Counted from the stretch's first letter, positions 1 through 10,707 are shown. The stretch: 64,000 bases of DNA from Planctomycetaceae bacterium (GCA_021732995.1 JAKFWA010000068.1:115099-179098), one strand, 5' to 3'. The notes: generated by a model from the letters alone, not told the origin. Numbers and translations are program-made.

Positions 1-928
1 TCGAGGATCGGAATCAGCCGCCGTTCCGTGTCGGACAGCGGACGGATTTCCTCGTACGCCTTGAGGCCGCACAGCCAGCCTTCGGTTGATGAACCAATCA
101 AGCTGCCCAACAGTCGAGACAGGTCCGCCGCGATGGTATCCGTTTGAGCGGCGTTGAAGTCGATCAATCCGGTGACCTCGTTACCCGTGAAGAGCACATG
201 GTCGTGCCAGATATCTCGCATGACCGGCTGAAGCGGAACTTCCCAGCATGCGGCAGACATCAGTTCCCCGAGCACAGTCGGCGCGAGTCGCCGCACGTAA
301 GTCGTCAACGGGATACCAAGATCGCGCCACGTCGCAGACGGCTCCCGGATCAACGCGCGTTCGATCTGGTCGAGGGTTCCGTCAAGGTACCACTTCAAAG
401 TCTGAATTCGCTCGTGAACAACCGGTGCAGTTGCAGAGGCCTGTGTCGTGAACCAGCCATTACCTTCGGCGCTCGCGACTGCCGCGCGATGCCAGCGAGC
501 CAGCATGTGGCACGCCGCAGCCAACCGTTCGTCTGAAGGAGCAGCCCAGTAGTCCGCACGACCGGGCATCCACGGCTCCAACTGCCAGACGCCTTCCTTC
601 GTCGTCACGCTGCTGGAACCGCTGCGGGTTTGGCATGGCACGGGAATGCAGGTCATCCCCAGCTCAAACATCCGCGCGAGCAATCGATGAGTTGCCAGCA
701 ATTTACTAACGCTCAGCGACGTTGGCTGACACTTCAGGCAATATGTATTCAGCCCGTCCCGGACCCGATAGACCCGCGTTCCGGAGAAGCCCTGAGCGCC
801 TTCCGGACAGTCAATCTCGTTCGAGCGTAACTGTGGAAAATGCTCGTTGACTACGATTCGTGCGAGATGGATGTTCACACTTCGACTTTCCGTACGACGC
901 GGTCGGTCAAGGACTTCTGGCGACTCAT
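1..928 (-). CDS. Phosphotransferase-family (APH/CotS/choline-kinase-like) protein, C-terminal part truncated by the window edge
   Basis: My translation of the minus strand is open from an ATG at 926-928 to position 1. Motifs WHDHVLFTGN and LIDFNAA resemble the HGDLHPGN catalytic loop and IDF[DGN]xA motif of the PF01636 family. It is not in the ORF track because it runs off the edge. Confidence 0.5.
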
Positions 929-1167
929 GACGGCTGTGCGCCTGATGCCCAGGTAAGAAAACCGTCATTCCGAGGAAACGCGGGGAAACCTGCCTCGCAG
1001 ATTAGATTTTGACCTATTGGTTTCTGTGTGTCTCAGGCTAAGCCCTGCTGATCAGAACGTTTGTGACGTTGCACACCCGCAGTCCAAACCACGTTGATGG
1101 GCGAACACGAGCACAGCTCGCCGTCGACCAGACAAGTTATAGCAATCGAGCGGATGACAAGGATTGA

Positions 1168-2163
1168 ATGATGATCGCACTAGAGGATTCTGTGGATGAG
1201 TTTGCGAAGGATCCTGAATTCGTCGCGATGTTCGTGAACAAGGCCAATCAACTGATCAGTAAAGTTGAAGAGGATCTCGCGGCCCTTGAGGATTGCCCCC
1301 CGAGGAAGCGCGGCGAACTGCTCAACCAGATCTTCCGCTCGGTCCACACGATCAAAGGTGAAGCCGGTTTCGTCGCGATGCAGAACATCGGCCGACTGGC
1401 ACACTGCATCGAGAACATCCTCGATCGCGCCCGTGAATTCGAAATCGATCTGACTCACGAAATCGTCATGCGGCTGATGGCTTCGCTGGACGTGCTGCGT
1501 GACCTCGTCGGGCACGTTGATACTTCGGAGTCGATTGACATCAGCCACGCTCTCGCCGCGCTGGAAGGTCGCGAGGTCAGCTCACCGGCGATTGCTCCGA
1601 CGCCAGCTCCCGTCGCGGCAACTCCTCCCGTGGCCGTGGCCAGCCCGATCGTTGAGCCTGTTCAACCAGCGGCCGCGCAACCGCAACCGGCGAGCACCGG
1701 CCCGGTTGCCAGCACGGCCGCCAACACAACTGAGCCAGTGGCTGCCGTCCGACAGACGGCCCGAAAGCGTACACTCATCGTCGATGATGAACCGATCATC
1801 ACGCGCATCGCAGCTCAGCAATTGGCTGCTGCGGGCATTCCTGCGGATGAAGTCGCATCCGCTGAAGAGGCACTCAACTTGATGCGGCGCAATCTTTACA
1901 ACGTCGTGGTGTGCGACATTGACTTGCCAGGCATGTCTGGCCTTGAACTGATCCCAAAGCTGAAAGAGATCAGCCCCTTGGTTCAGGTGGTGATGCTGAC
2001 GGGAAAACCTAATTTCGCGACGGTACTGAACTCGCTAACTTCCGGCGCAATCGACTTCCTGCCCAAGACGCAGGACTACAAACCGCTGATCGAAAGCGTT
2101 CAGCATGCCCTGAGCCGCGTGGACCGCTGGGTACCGCTCATGCGCAGTCGCCGCGAACGATAG
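1168..2163 (+). CDS. Hpt-REC fusion protein: histidine phosphotransfer domain, Pro/Ala-rich linker, CheY-like receiver domain
   Basis: N-terminus carries the Hpt motif VHTIKGEAGF. C-terminus carries receiver signatures LIVDDEP, VVVCDIDLPGMSG, VVMLTGKP and DFLPKT. The two are joined by a long linker (PAIAPTPAPVAATPPVAVASP). Confidence 0.8.
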   Translation: MMIALEDSVDEFAKDPEFVAMFVNKANQLISKVEEDLAALEDCPPRKRGELLNQIFRSVHTIKGEAGFVAMQNIGRLAHCIENILDRAREFEIDLTHEIVMRLMASLDVLRDLVGHVDTSESIDISHALAALEGREVSSPAIAPTPAPVAATPPVAVASPIVEPVQPAAAQPQPASTGPVASTAANTTEPVAAVRQTARKRTLIVDDEPIITRIAAQQLAAAGIPADEVASAEEALNLMRRNLYNVVVCDIDLPGMSGLELIPKLKEISPLVQVVMLTGKPNFATVLNSLTSGAIDFLPKTQDYKPLIESVQHALSRVDRWVPLMRSRRER

Positions 2164-2188
2164 TGGTTCCGTTGGCACCACATCGTGG

Positions 2189-2232
2189 GCGCCTCGGCAC
2201 TGGTGAGATCCGGCCGAGGCGTTCCCGTTTGG
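2189..2232. terminator. GC hairpin (CGCCTCGGC / GCCGAGGCG) followed by a T-rich run, between convergent genes
   Basis: Seen directly: inverted repeat at 2190-2198 / 2213-2221 followed by TTCCCGTTTGGTTG. It lies between the stop of the Hpt-REC gene and the stop of the minus-strand Zn-ribbon gene. Confidence 0.45.
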
Positions 2233-2293
2233 TTGTGCGACACACTCCAACTCGCCGCAAGCCCTGCGGACAGAGTGACGGCAACGTGTGCGC

Positions 2294-2659
2294 TTAGTTG
2301 TCGCTGATGCGAATGCGGCGCGGGCGGTGCAGCGCCAGCGGATCTTTAACGAACTGGTTACGGCATTCGGGACACAGGTCGTAGCGAAACTTTCGCGGCG
2401 AGTTCTGTTCGAGTTCCAGTTCGCCGGTCTCTTCCATGTGACTGATGATGTCCGCGATCTCTTCGAGGTTATCGCGTTCCAGGTCTTCTTCGGTGATCTC
2501 TTCGGGATCGAACGACGGGAAGACTTCGAGGCGAACTACGAATCTGCGGTCGTCCAGCTTTTGCCCACAAATGTCGCAGGAATAGTGCAGCATCTTGCTT
2601 ATGTCCTTTCGACGCTCAGGCGGCAGTTCATCCACCAGACAGATGCTAAGCGTCTGCAT
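2294..2659 (-). CDS. Small acidic zinc-ribbon protein (two CxxC pairs), hypothetical
   Basis: 121-aa ORF with CDICGQ...CPECRNQ. It is more protein-like than the overlapping plus-strand ORF 2288-2668. Confidence 0.45.
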   Translation of the reverse strand: MQTLSICLVDELPPERRKDISKMLHYSCDICGQKLDDRRFVVRLEVFPSFDPEEITEEDLERDNLEEIADIISHMEETGELELEQNSPRKFRYDLCPECRNQFVKDPLALHRPRRIRISDN

Positions 2660-2885
2660 TCGATTTAATCAGATGCCGTTACGCACCGGAAGCAACTGCA
2701 TGGGCCTTTTCATGAAAGGTTCCAAATCCAATTCAAGGCGACATATTCTTGCGCGTTGATTGATTTGTAGACTGCGCTCATCCTCTGAATGAGTTCTTTT
2801 CCGCTCGCATCCCGCCCTCCTTGCTTTCCTCCCACATTACTGGCTGCGTGTCTGGTCTCGCGTTGTCAGTTCATGGAACGTCCCC

Positions 2886-5800
2886 ATGTGGCGATTGATC
2901 GCTCTCACTCTGCTGCTTCAAGTCACGACCGCGTGGGCTCAAACGCCTGATGCTGCGTCGGATGATTTCTTTGAGAAGCAGATCCGCCCGGTCCTCGCAG
3001 CTCGCTGCTGGGACTGTCATGGTCCCGACCAACAAGAAAGCGACCTGCGTCTGGACTCGCGCGAAGCACTGCTCGATGGTGGTTCGCGCGGAGCCGTCGT
3101 CGTGCCGGGCATGCCTGAGAAGAGCCTGCTGATCACGGTCATCAATCATGCGGACACCTTGGCGATGCCGCCCAAAGAGAAGATGCCGCTGAAAGAGATC
3201 GTCGCGATCACTCAATGGGTCAAGGCCGGAGCCGTCTGGCCGAACAGCCAGGCGACCACAGTCAACAAGAAGCCTCAAAACAAAGGGAGCGCCTTTTCGG
3301 AAGAGCAACTCAAGCACTGGGCGTTCCAGCCGATAGCTCGTCCACAACCTCCCAGCGTGCGCAGCCAGGACTGGGTCAAGTCGCCGATCGATCAGTTCAT
3401 CCTCGCGAAGCTGGAAGAGAACAGCTTGCAGCCAGCACCTCGAGCCGAAAAGCGAGCGCTGATTCGCCGCGCGACGTTCGATCTCACCGGACTGCCGCCG
3501 ACCTATGACGAAGTGACCGCTTTCGTAGCAGACGATTCACCTGATGCATTCGCGCGCCTGATCGATCGCCTGCTCGATTCCCCGGCTTACGGAGAACGCT
3601 GGGGACGCCACTGGCTCGATGTGGCCCGTTACGGCGATTCGAACGGGCTCGACGAAAATCTGTCCCAAGCCAATGCGTTTCGCTATCGCGACTATGTTGT
3701 CGATGCTCTGAATGCGGACCTGCCTTTCGACACCTTCATTCACGAGCAACTGGCCGGTGACCTGCTAGGTGGTGACGACGCTCGTGCAACTCAGCGGCTG
3801 ACAGCGACCGGTTTTCTGGTGATCGGCGCGAAGATGCTGGCCGAGGATGACCCCCTCAAAATGCAGATGGACATCATCGACGAGCAGGTGGATACGCTCA
3901 GCAAGGCGTTCATGGGCATGACGCTAGGCTGCGCCCGTTGTCACGACCACAAGTTCGACCCGATTTCAATCAAGGACTACTACTCGCTGGCAGGCATCTT
4001 CAAGAGCACGACGACGATGGAGAACTTCAGCGTCGTCGCTCGCTGGCAAGAACGCCCGCTGGCTACGGCTGACGAACTCCAGCAGCGTGATGTTGCTCAG
4101 AACAAAGTGAATGCTCAGCAGGCCGAGATCAAACGCATTTCGCAAGTCGCGACGGACGTCTTGCTGCAGGACGCGCGTGATCGCGTTGACGAATACGTCA
4201 TGGCTGCGGCTGAGCAACTCTGGTTGAACTTGAAGGCCAAGTCCTTCGGCGCACGACTCGATGCCAAGCCACCGCAATCGTTGCCAGAAGGCGCGATCCT
4301 CGTTGAAGCTGAGAACTATCAGCGCGGCAACGTACTGAAGTCATCGACGGGTTACGGTGAGGGAATCGGCGTCATCCTGAATGCAGGCAAGTTGCCGAAC
4401 GTGGCCGAGTATGACATCGAAGTTCCGGAGGCTGGCTGGTACCAGTTTGAGACTCGTTACGCGGCAGCTTCAGCCCGTCCCGTGCAATTCATGTTGAACG
4501 ATGAGGTTGTCAGTTCCAAAGTCGCGGGCGGAGTCACTGGCTCGTGGAATCCAGACACCCAACGCTGGCAGGTCGAAGGCCAGTACCAATTCCGCGTGGG
4601 CCGGAACGTGCTGCGTCTGTTCGCCGAACATCCCTTCCCGCACATCGACAAACTGCTGCTGGTGAAACGTGCCGTTCCCGCTGTCGAAGCTGTCACACTG
4701 CGAACGGCCGATGCTCGGACAAAAGACCGGCCAGAGCTGCTCAAGCAATTCGTGGCTCAATGGGCCGACTACCTGAGCAAGGAAGCCGCCGGCCTAACAC
4801 CGTTGTGGCCCGAGTGGCGAGACCAGGTCGTCGCCTTGCAGATCAAGGGCGAAGACGGCGTTGCGGTAACCGACTTCTTCAGCGCCGCCCGCCAGGTTGG
4901 TGAATCGCTGCGTGCCGCCGAAGGAGAATGGAAAGCACTGAAAGCGACGGCACCGTCCGCCAAAGGTCTGCCAGATCGCACTCAGGACGCGCGACGGAAG
5001 TTGCTCTACGAGACCAACGACGATGCCCCTTTTCAGACGAAGGGCATCGAAGATCAGTTCGATGCCACAACCAAATCCACTCTGGCGCAGAAGCGTGAAG
5101 AACTGAAAGTTCTCGAAGCGGCAGTTCCGAAGTTTCCGGAGGTCATGGCGGTCTCTAACAGCAAGATTGAAGACCTGCCTGTGCACCTGCGTGGCAATCA
5201 CACAACCTTGGCCAGAGAACTTGAGCCACGTCGTTTTCCGCAAGTTATGCAACTCGGTCACGCTCCATTGGCCAAAGATGTCAGCGGCCGTCTTGAGCTG
5301 GCTCGCTGGCTCACTGATCCGGCTCATCCGCTGACCAGTCGAGTCATCGTGAATCGAGTCTGGTTGTGGCACTTCGGTGAGGGGCTGGTGCGATCACCCG
5401 ACAACTTCGGGCTGCTCGGCGAACGACCGACTCATCCCGAGTTACTGGATTGGCTCGCGCAACGCTTCATGAGTTCCGGTTGGTCGCTCAAGCAATTGCA
5501 TCGCGAGCTGATGCTCTCAGCGACCTATCAGATGAGTTCCCAGTTCGACGCTCGTGCCAACGAACTGGACCCTGATCATCGCCTGTGGTGGCGGCGCCCC
5601 ATTAAGCGACTGGAAGTGGAGGCCGTACGCGATGCGGTCCTCGCCGTTTCAGGATCGCTCGATCAGCGTCTCGGCGGCTCGCTGTTGCCCACACCCAATC
5701 GCAACTACGTCACCAGTACCGCCAACGTGAACCCGGCCATCTACGATGCACCGCGGCGAGCGATCTATCTGCCGGTCGTGCGTAGCGCACTTTACGACCT

Positions 5801-6161
5801 GTATCAGGCTTTCGATTTCGCCGAACCCACCGTACTTAATGGCCGCCGTGAAGTGACGACCATTCCGACGCAAGCGCTGTTCATGCTGAACAGCAAGCTG
5901 GTTTCTCAGCAAAGCCGCGCCTTGGCGCTCTCACTGCTCAACGATGAGGCAACTGCCCCGAATCGCGTCCGTGAGGCGTATCGCAGAATCTTGCAGCGGG
6001 AGGCATCTGCCGCCGAAGTTGCGCGGGCTGAAGAGTTCCTCAAACAGCTCGAAAACACGTCGGAAACCACAGTAAAAATTTCTCAAGAACGCGAAATCCG
6101 TTGCTGGCAAAGCCTGATTCGCACATTGATCTCGACCAACGAGTTCATCTATTTAAACTAG
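2886..6161 (+). CDS. Planctomycete PSCyt1 (c-type cytochrome) / DUF1549 / DUF1553 multidomain protein with signal peptide
   Basis: N-terminal signal peptide, then a CxxCH motif (CWDCHGPD). The DUF1549-type motif RRATFDLTGLPPT follows. A carbohydrate-binding-like beta-sandwich insert comes next, and the C-terminus is DUF1553-like. The 1091-aa size matches this family. Confidence 0.85.
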   Translation: MWRLIALTLLLQVTTAWAQTPDAASDDFFEKQIRPVLAARCWDCHGPDQQESDLRLDSREALLDGGSRGAVVVPGMPEKSLLITVINHADTLAMPPKEKMPLKEIVAITQWVKAGAVWPNSQATTVNKKPQNKGSAFSEEQLKHWAFQPIARPQPPSVRSQDWVKSPIDQFILAKLEENSLQPAPRAEKRALIRRATFDLTGLPPTYDEVTAFVADDSPDAFARLIDRLLDSPAYGERWGRHWLDVARYGDSNGLDENLSQANAFRYRDYVVDALNADLPFDTFIHEQLAGDLLGGDDARATQRLTATGFLVIGAKMLAEDDPLKMQMDIIDEQVDTLSKAFMGMTLGCARCHDHKFDPISIKDYYSLAGIFKSTTTMENFSVVARWQERPLATADELQQRDVAQNKVNAQQAEIKRISQVATDVLLQDARDRVDEYVMAAAEQLWLNLKAKSFGARLDAKPPQSLPEGAILVEAENYQRGNVLKSSTGYGEGIGVILNAGKLPNVAEYDIEVPEAGWYQFETRYAAASARPVQFMLNDEVVSSKVAGGVTGSWNPDTQRWQVEGQYQFRVGRNVLRLFAEHPFPHIDKLLLVKRAVPAVEAVTLRTADARTKDRPELLKQFVAQWADYLSKEAAGLTPLWPEWRDQVVALQIKGEDGVAVTDFFSAARQVGESLRAAEGEWKALKATAPSAKGLPDRTQDARRKLLYETNDDAPFQTKGIEDQFDATTKSTLAQKREELKVLEAAVPKFPEVMAVSNSKIEDLPVHLRGNHTTLARELEPRRFPQVMQLGHAPLAKDVSGRLELARWLTDPAHPLTSRVIVNRVWLWHFGEGLVRSPDNFGLLGERPTHPELLDWLAQRFMSSGWSLKQLHRELMLSATYQMSSQFDARANELDPDHRLWWRRPIKRLEVEAVRDAVLAVSGSLDQRLGGSLLPTPNRNYVTSTANVNPAIYDAPRRAIYLPVVRSALYDLYQAFDFAEPTVLNGRREVTTIPTQALFMLNSKLVSQQSRALALSLLNDEATAPNRVREAYRRILQREASAAEVARAEEFLKQLENTSETTVKISQEREIRCWQSLIRTLISTNEFIYLN

Positions 6162-6385
6162 AAGTGCGAATCTTAAGTTTTCAGGAGGCCGACCTCCAAA
6201 AAAACGAAAGAAATCCGATTTGGCAGGTATGACACTTCCCGTCTAAGACGTCTGTCTTAGGTGGAGACAAACTTGGCACCTGCCGATGAAACTAGAACGC
6301 ATCGGTCCGCCTTGTGACCTATCGATTGTGAGACATATCTCAATGTCATCCACGCATACTCATTCATTCTGGCGGAGGATTGGTC

Positions 6386-6583
6386 ATGGTTGCTGCTGTT
6401 GCCCGGAGCGTCTCGAAACCTGCAGCGTCTTATGAGCCCCTGAGTGCTCACTGGCGGCAAGTGGGACGATTCTCCACTGTGGAGCAAGCTGAGGCGACGG
6501 TCTCGCGCCTCGAAGCGGAAGGCGTGCACGCTGTCCTGTCCATGGTGGACGGCCTGTGCGTGTTGGCGGAAGACCACGAGTAA
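6386..6583 (+). CDS. Small hypothetical protein (65 aa)
   Basis: ORF preceded by GGAGGA 6 nt upstream of the ATG at 6386. No recognisable domain. Confidence 0.3.
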   Translation: MVAAVARSVSKPAASYEPLSAHWRQVGRFSTVEQAEATVSRLEAEGVHAVLSMVDGLCVLAEDHE

Positions 6584-6674
6584 GCGACAACCTGGTTAGT
6601 CGCGGGTCGTTGAAATAACCGTTGGGGCGAACAGCTCGTCGCCCCAAACGGAAGCTCTCAATTCGCGTCCACTG

Positions 6675-8753
6675 CTAAGAATTCGGACCTGGACGCCGAC
6701 GATCAGGTCGATAGCCCTTGCCAGGGGCGAATCGCGATTGCTTCTGCGCGGCTTTCTTGGAACCTCCAGCCTTGTCCTGGCTGTGAACATAGTTGCCCGG
6801 AAAGCGATCATTCGCGTCCTTGCGGCGAGCGTCCATTGCCGCCTGCGGAGCGCGTGCGGGAATCAGGCAGTCGCAGCCGCTGCCAATCAAGTCCTGACGG
6901 CCAGCTTCTTCCAGCGCCTTGCGAACCTCGAAATAATTCTCGGGTTTGAAGAACTGCATCAACGCACGTTGCAGCTTGCGATCTCGCAAATGCTTGGCGA
7001 TATAGACCGGTTCCTTAGTGAAGGGATTGATGCCGGTGTAGTACATCGCGGTCGCCACATCGAACGGGGCGGGAATGAAGTCCTGCACCTGATCCGGGCG
7101 ATACCCGTTCCGCTTCAGGAACACGGCCAGATCAATCATCGCATGCAGGTCACTGCCGGGGTGGCTGGCGATGTAATACGGGATCAAATACTGCTTCTTG
7201 CCCGCCTTCTGTGACTCCGCGTTGAAGACGTCGGCGAACTTCTCAAAGTCGTCTGAGGCGGGCTTGCGCATGAGTTCCAGCACACCCGCGTCCGTGTGTT
7301 CCGGAGCCACTTTCAGATGGCCGCCGACGTGGTGCTTGACCAGCTCGCGCATGTATTCGGGCGAGCGTCGTGCTAAATCCATGCGGATGCCACTGGCGAC
7401 CAGCACCTTGCGAATGCCGGGGGTCTCACGAGCTTCCTTCATCAGTTTGATGAGCGGCGCGTGATCGGTGCCCAGCAGCTTGCAGATCGTCGGATGCACG
7501 CATGACTGGCGACGGCACTTGGCCTCCACTTCGGGGCGCGTGCACTTCATCTCATACATGTTGGCGGTCGGTCCGCCGATATCGCTGACGATCCCCTTGA
7601 ACTGCGGGTCGTCGGTCATGCGTTTGAGTTCGCCGACAATTGATGTCTGGCTGCGTGACTGAATCGTGCGGCCCTGATGCGTCGTGATCGAACAGAACGT
7701 GCAGCCGCCAAAGCAGCCGCGCATGATCGTGACCGAATCCTTGATCATCTCATGCGCCGGAATTGGTTCCGTGTAACTCGGGTGCGCATGACGATCGAAG
7801 GGCAGGTCGTAGATGGCATCCATCGCTGTTTGAGAAATCGGCAAGCGAGGCGGATTCACCACTGCGGCTTGTCGATCATGCATCTGCACCAGACGCCGCG
7901 CGTTCCACGGATTCGTTTCCGTGTGAATGATCTTGGTGGCTTCGGCGAACTGAGCCTTATCCGCCACGACGGCTTCGAAGCTGGGGATGAGCGTGGTGGG
8001 AAAAACGGATGCTGTTGAATCCGGCTGCAGTTCGTTGACCAGTTCGGCAGACTCTTTCGCTCCGAGCATGTAGGCCACGCCGCGCATGTCGCGGAGATCT
8101 TTGACCGTCGCCCCAATCTGCATGCGCTGAGCGATTTCGAGAATCGCGTCCTCGCCCATGCCGTAGACAACAAGGTCCGGCTTCGCGTCCAGCAGGATCG
8201 AGCGCTTAACGGTGTCGCTCCAGTAGTCGTAGTGCGCGAGTCGCCGCAGCGATGCTTCAACTCCGCCTGCAATGACTGGAACACCCTTGTAGGCTTCTCG
8301 CGCCCGCTGGCAGTAAGCGAGCGTCGCGCGATCAGGACGTAAACCAATGCGACCGCCGGGTGAATAAGCGTCTGCGTTGCGCACCTTTCGGTTCGCCGTG
8401 TAGTGGTTCAGCATCGAGTCCATGTTGCCGGCGCTGACTGCGAAGAACAGCTTCGGCTGACCGAAGCGCCGCCAGGCATCGCACGTCTTCCAATCGGGCT
8501 GACTGATGATGCCGACTCGAAAACCGGCGGCCTCAAGGACTCGTCCCAGAATCGCCATCGCGAAACTGGGATGGTCGATATAGGCGTCGCCCGTCACGAA
8601 CACGATGTCAATCTCGTCCCAGCCGCGTGCCCGAGCCTCATCCATCGACATGGGCAACGGTCGGCGATCGCAACGGCTGGCGCCGCGTTGCAACGCGGCG
8701 ATCAGTCGATCACCGCTGTAATGAGAATCGTGAATGATGGGCAGTTCGATCAT
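6675..8753 (-). CDS. ygiQ: YgiQ-family (UPF0313) radical SAM protein
   Basis: Radical-SAM motif MRGCFGGCTFCSITTHQGR. The 692-aa length and Lys/Arg-rich C-terminal tail are typical of YgiQ. Confidence 0.9.
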   Translation of the reverse strand: MIELPIIHDSHYSGDRLIAALQRGASRCDRRPLPMSMDEARARGWDEIDIVFVTGDAYIDHPSFAMAILGRVLEAAGFRVGIISQPDWKTCDAWRRFGQPKLFFAVSAGNMDSMLNHYTANRKVRNADAYSPGGRIGLRPDRATLAYCQRAREAYKGVPVIAGGVEASLRRLAHYDYWSDTVKRSILLDAKPDLVVYGMGEDAILEIAQRMQIGATVKDLRDMRGVAYMLGAKESAELVNELQPDSTASVFPTTLIPSFEAVVADKAQFAEATKIIHTETNPWNARRLVQMHDRQAAVVNPPRLPISQTAMDAIYDLPFDRHAHPSYTEPIPAHEMIKDSVTIMRGCFGGCTFCSITTHQGRTIQSRSQTSIVGELKRMTDDPQFKGIVSDIGGPTANMYEMKCTRPEVEAKCRRQSCVHPTICKLLGTDHAPLIKLMKEARETPGIRKVLVASGIRMDLARRSPEYMRELVKHHVGGHLKVAPEHTDAGVLELMRKPASDDFEKFADVFNAESQKAGKKQYLIPYYIASHPGSDLHAMIDLAVFLKRNGYRPDQVQDFIPAPFDVATAMYYTGINPFTKEPVYIAKHLRDRKLQRALMQFFKPENYFEVRKALEEAGRQDLIGSGCDCLIPARAPQAAMDARRKDANDRFPGNYVHSQDKAGGSKKAAQKQSRFAPGKGYRPDRRRPGPNS

Positions 8754-9060
8754 GAAACAAATCTAACGCAGCAGAGCCGCAAAGACCCGGCAAGGGTCGA
8801 GCTGACAGTTCTTGTAGGTCGGACAATCCTGTCCGACAGCCGGACAAGATGTCCGGCTTACTTCGCAGTCCAATTTCGCTGTTCCACGCTTCGCGCGCAG
8901 AGGGAGTAGCAAAGCCGCGAAACAGCCCCGATTGTTGAGCATTCGCAGTAGAGATGCCAAGCAACTCTCCCGGCCCGCGGAAAAGTCGTGGTCTTTTCTG
9001 CTGGCGGGTCGGATTGCAGTGCCCGCAGCTTTCCGCCGAAAGCTGTAACCGTTGTGGCCG

Positions 9061-10272
9061 TTAAGGTTTGGCTGCTTTCGTATCCAGCGAGAAGTACGTC
9101 GGCAGCTCGCCAATCAAGGGTTGGGCGTAGTCCAGAAACGCCTTCGTCACGAACAATCCGTCCTTCGTGATGTACTTGGCTGGCATCGGACGGGCGCTGA
9201 TCGCGACTTTGGACAGTTCGATCGTCCCAAAGTCGGACGCGTAGGGCTCGCCGGGTTTGGACGTGCGTTCGAGGGTGACCATCACTTCGGAAGTCCCTGC
9301 TTCGGCAAGTTTCACCGCGCGCTGGCCGCAGCCAAAAGCTTCTTCGATGTCCAGCTTCACGGCGCGATCGGCCGCGCACATCTGCAGTGATTCGGTGACC
9401 TGAAACTCGCCACGCCAGCCGAACTGCTGCGAGATCATGCGATGCAAAAACATCGCTGCGCTGGTGCCTCCCATGGCACCGAACTCGACGTTGCCGAACT
9501 TGTCCTTCACGGTCGATGCGCTAACCGGATTTCCATCGCGATCTGTGATGCCTTCGCCGCAGACGATCGACACAAAGCCGTACTTCTTCTGCGCCTTACT
9601 GACGGCTTCTAAAAACTTGTCCTGCTCGAACGGAACTTCCGGCATGAGGATGATGTGCGGCGCGTCAGATGGATCACGCTTTGCGCAGGCCGCCGCTGCT
9701 GGCAACCAGCCCGCACTACGTCCGACCGTCTGGAAGATCACGAACTGATCAACACGCTGCATGTCGCGAGCCAGCAAGCCGCTCTGCTGAACACTCTGAG
9801 CGACATATCGCGCCGCGCTCGGGAAGCCCGGCGTGTGGTCGGTGCCGAACAGATCGTTGTCGACCGTCTTGGCGATGCCGACACCCAGCATCTCGTAGCC
9901 GGTGCTCTTGGCGTATTCGACGACGCGATGGATGGTGTCCATCGTGTCGTTGCCGCCGATCATGAAGAAGTAGCGAATGTTGAACTTCTTCAGTGTCTTC
10001 AGAATGGGCTCGAAGTGCTCATCCTTCAGTTTCAGACGGCTCGATCCCAACGCGCTACTGGGCGTGAGTTGCAGTTGCTTCAAGGCCGCCTTGTCGTAGC
10101 CTGACAGGTCCAGCAAATGCTGATCGAGCACACCTTGAATCGCGAACCGCATGCCGAACACTCGGTCGATCCGCTTCGACTTCTGAGCGGCATCAATGAC
10201 ACCTGCCAGCGATGCGTTGATAACGGACGTGGGACCTCCCGACTGACCGACAAGTGCGTTGCCCTTAAGCAT
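9061..10272 (-). CDS. 6-phosphofructokinase (long PFK-A family, likely PPi-dependent type)
   Basis: N-terminus GQSGGPTSVINASLAGV and the GGNDTMDT motif. 403 aa. Confidence 0.85.
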   Translation of the reverse strand: MLKGNALVGQSGGPTSVINASLAGVIDAAQKSKRIDRVFGMRFAIQGVLDQHLLDLSGYDKAALKQLQLTPSSALGSSRLKLKDEHFEPILKTLKKFNIRYFFMIGGNDTMDTIHRVVEYAKSTGYEMLGVGIAKTVDNDLFGTDHTPGFPSAARYVAQSVQQSGLLARDMQRVDQFVIFQTVGRSAGWLPAAAACAKRDPSDAPHIILMPEVPFEQDKFLEAVSKAQKKYGFVSIVCGEGITDRDGNPVSASTVKDKFGNVEFGAMGGTSAAMFLHRMISQQFGWRGEFQVTESLQMCAADRAVKLDIEEAFGCGQRAVKLAEAGTSEVMVTLERTSKPGEPYASDFGTIELSKVAISARPMPAKYITKDGLFVTKAFLDYAQPLIGELPTYFSLDTKAAKP

Positions 10273-10379
10273 GAGATTCCTTCAAAGTGCGAAGCGATAC
10301 CGACGAGCCAGCTCGTATGTTGGGGACCAAGCCCGGACCCGGCAAGTTAGGCGCAGGGGCGACGCGATTGCTGTTCTTC

Positions 10380-10653
10380 GGATTTCCCGCAGAGGCGAGG
10401 AGTGCGCAGAGAAAAGCATGAGATCAGGCCTCGGACCGGAAACCCTCTCGGCGGCATCGGCTCCAAGAGGAAAACTTGAACCACAGAGGAACAGAGGTCA
10501 CAGAGAAGGGAGCTTTGCAGACTCGGTGCATGCTCTCTGTGGCCTCTGTGTCTCCGTGTTTCTCTCTTCTGGATCCGGTCTCGATACTAGGCTGCGCTTT
10601 TGAGGGAGGCGACGCGTTTTTTTCTGCGAGCTCTGCGCCTCTGCGGGAAATCC
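10380..10653. repeat. ~275-bp nested imperfect palindrome with 18-bp perfect terminal inverted repeats (MITE-like)
   Basis: GGATTTCCCGCAGAGGCG at 10380-10397 is the exact reverse complement of CGCCTCTGCGGGAAATCC at 10636-10653. The internal arms are also mutually complementary (CACAGAGGAACAGAGGTCACAGAGAAG vs CTCTCTGTGGCCTCTGTGTCTCCGTG). It sits between the sulfatase and pfk genes. Confidence 0.5.
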
Positions 10654-10707
10654 CATTCAACCACTCGCGATTCCAACAAGCTCTCTTCTCGAACGCACTT
10701 CAAAGAA

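Noticed and set aside
144-830. Plus-strand ORFs 144-536, 248-451 and 630-830
   Set aside because: Antisense to the continuous minus-strand phosphotransferase-family ORF. Arg/Pro-rich and without motifs.
2288-2668. Plus-strand 126-aa ORF overlapping the Zn-ribbon gene
   Set aside because: The minus-strand frame has paired CxxC motifs and an acidic, protein-like composition. The plus frame is low complexity.
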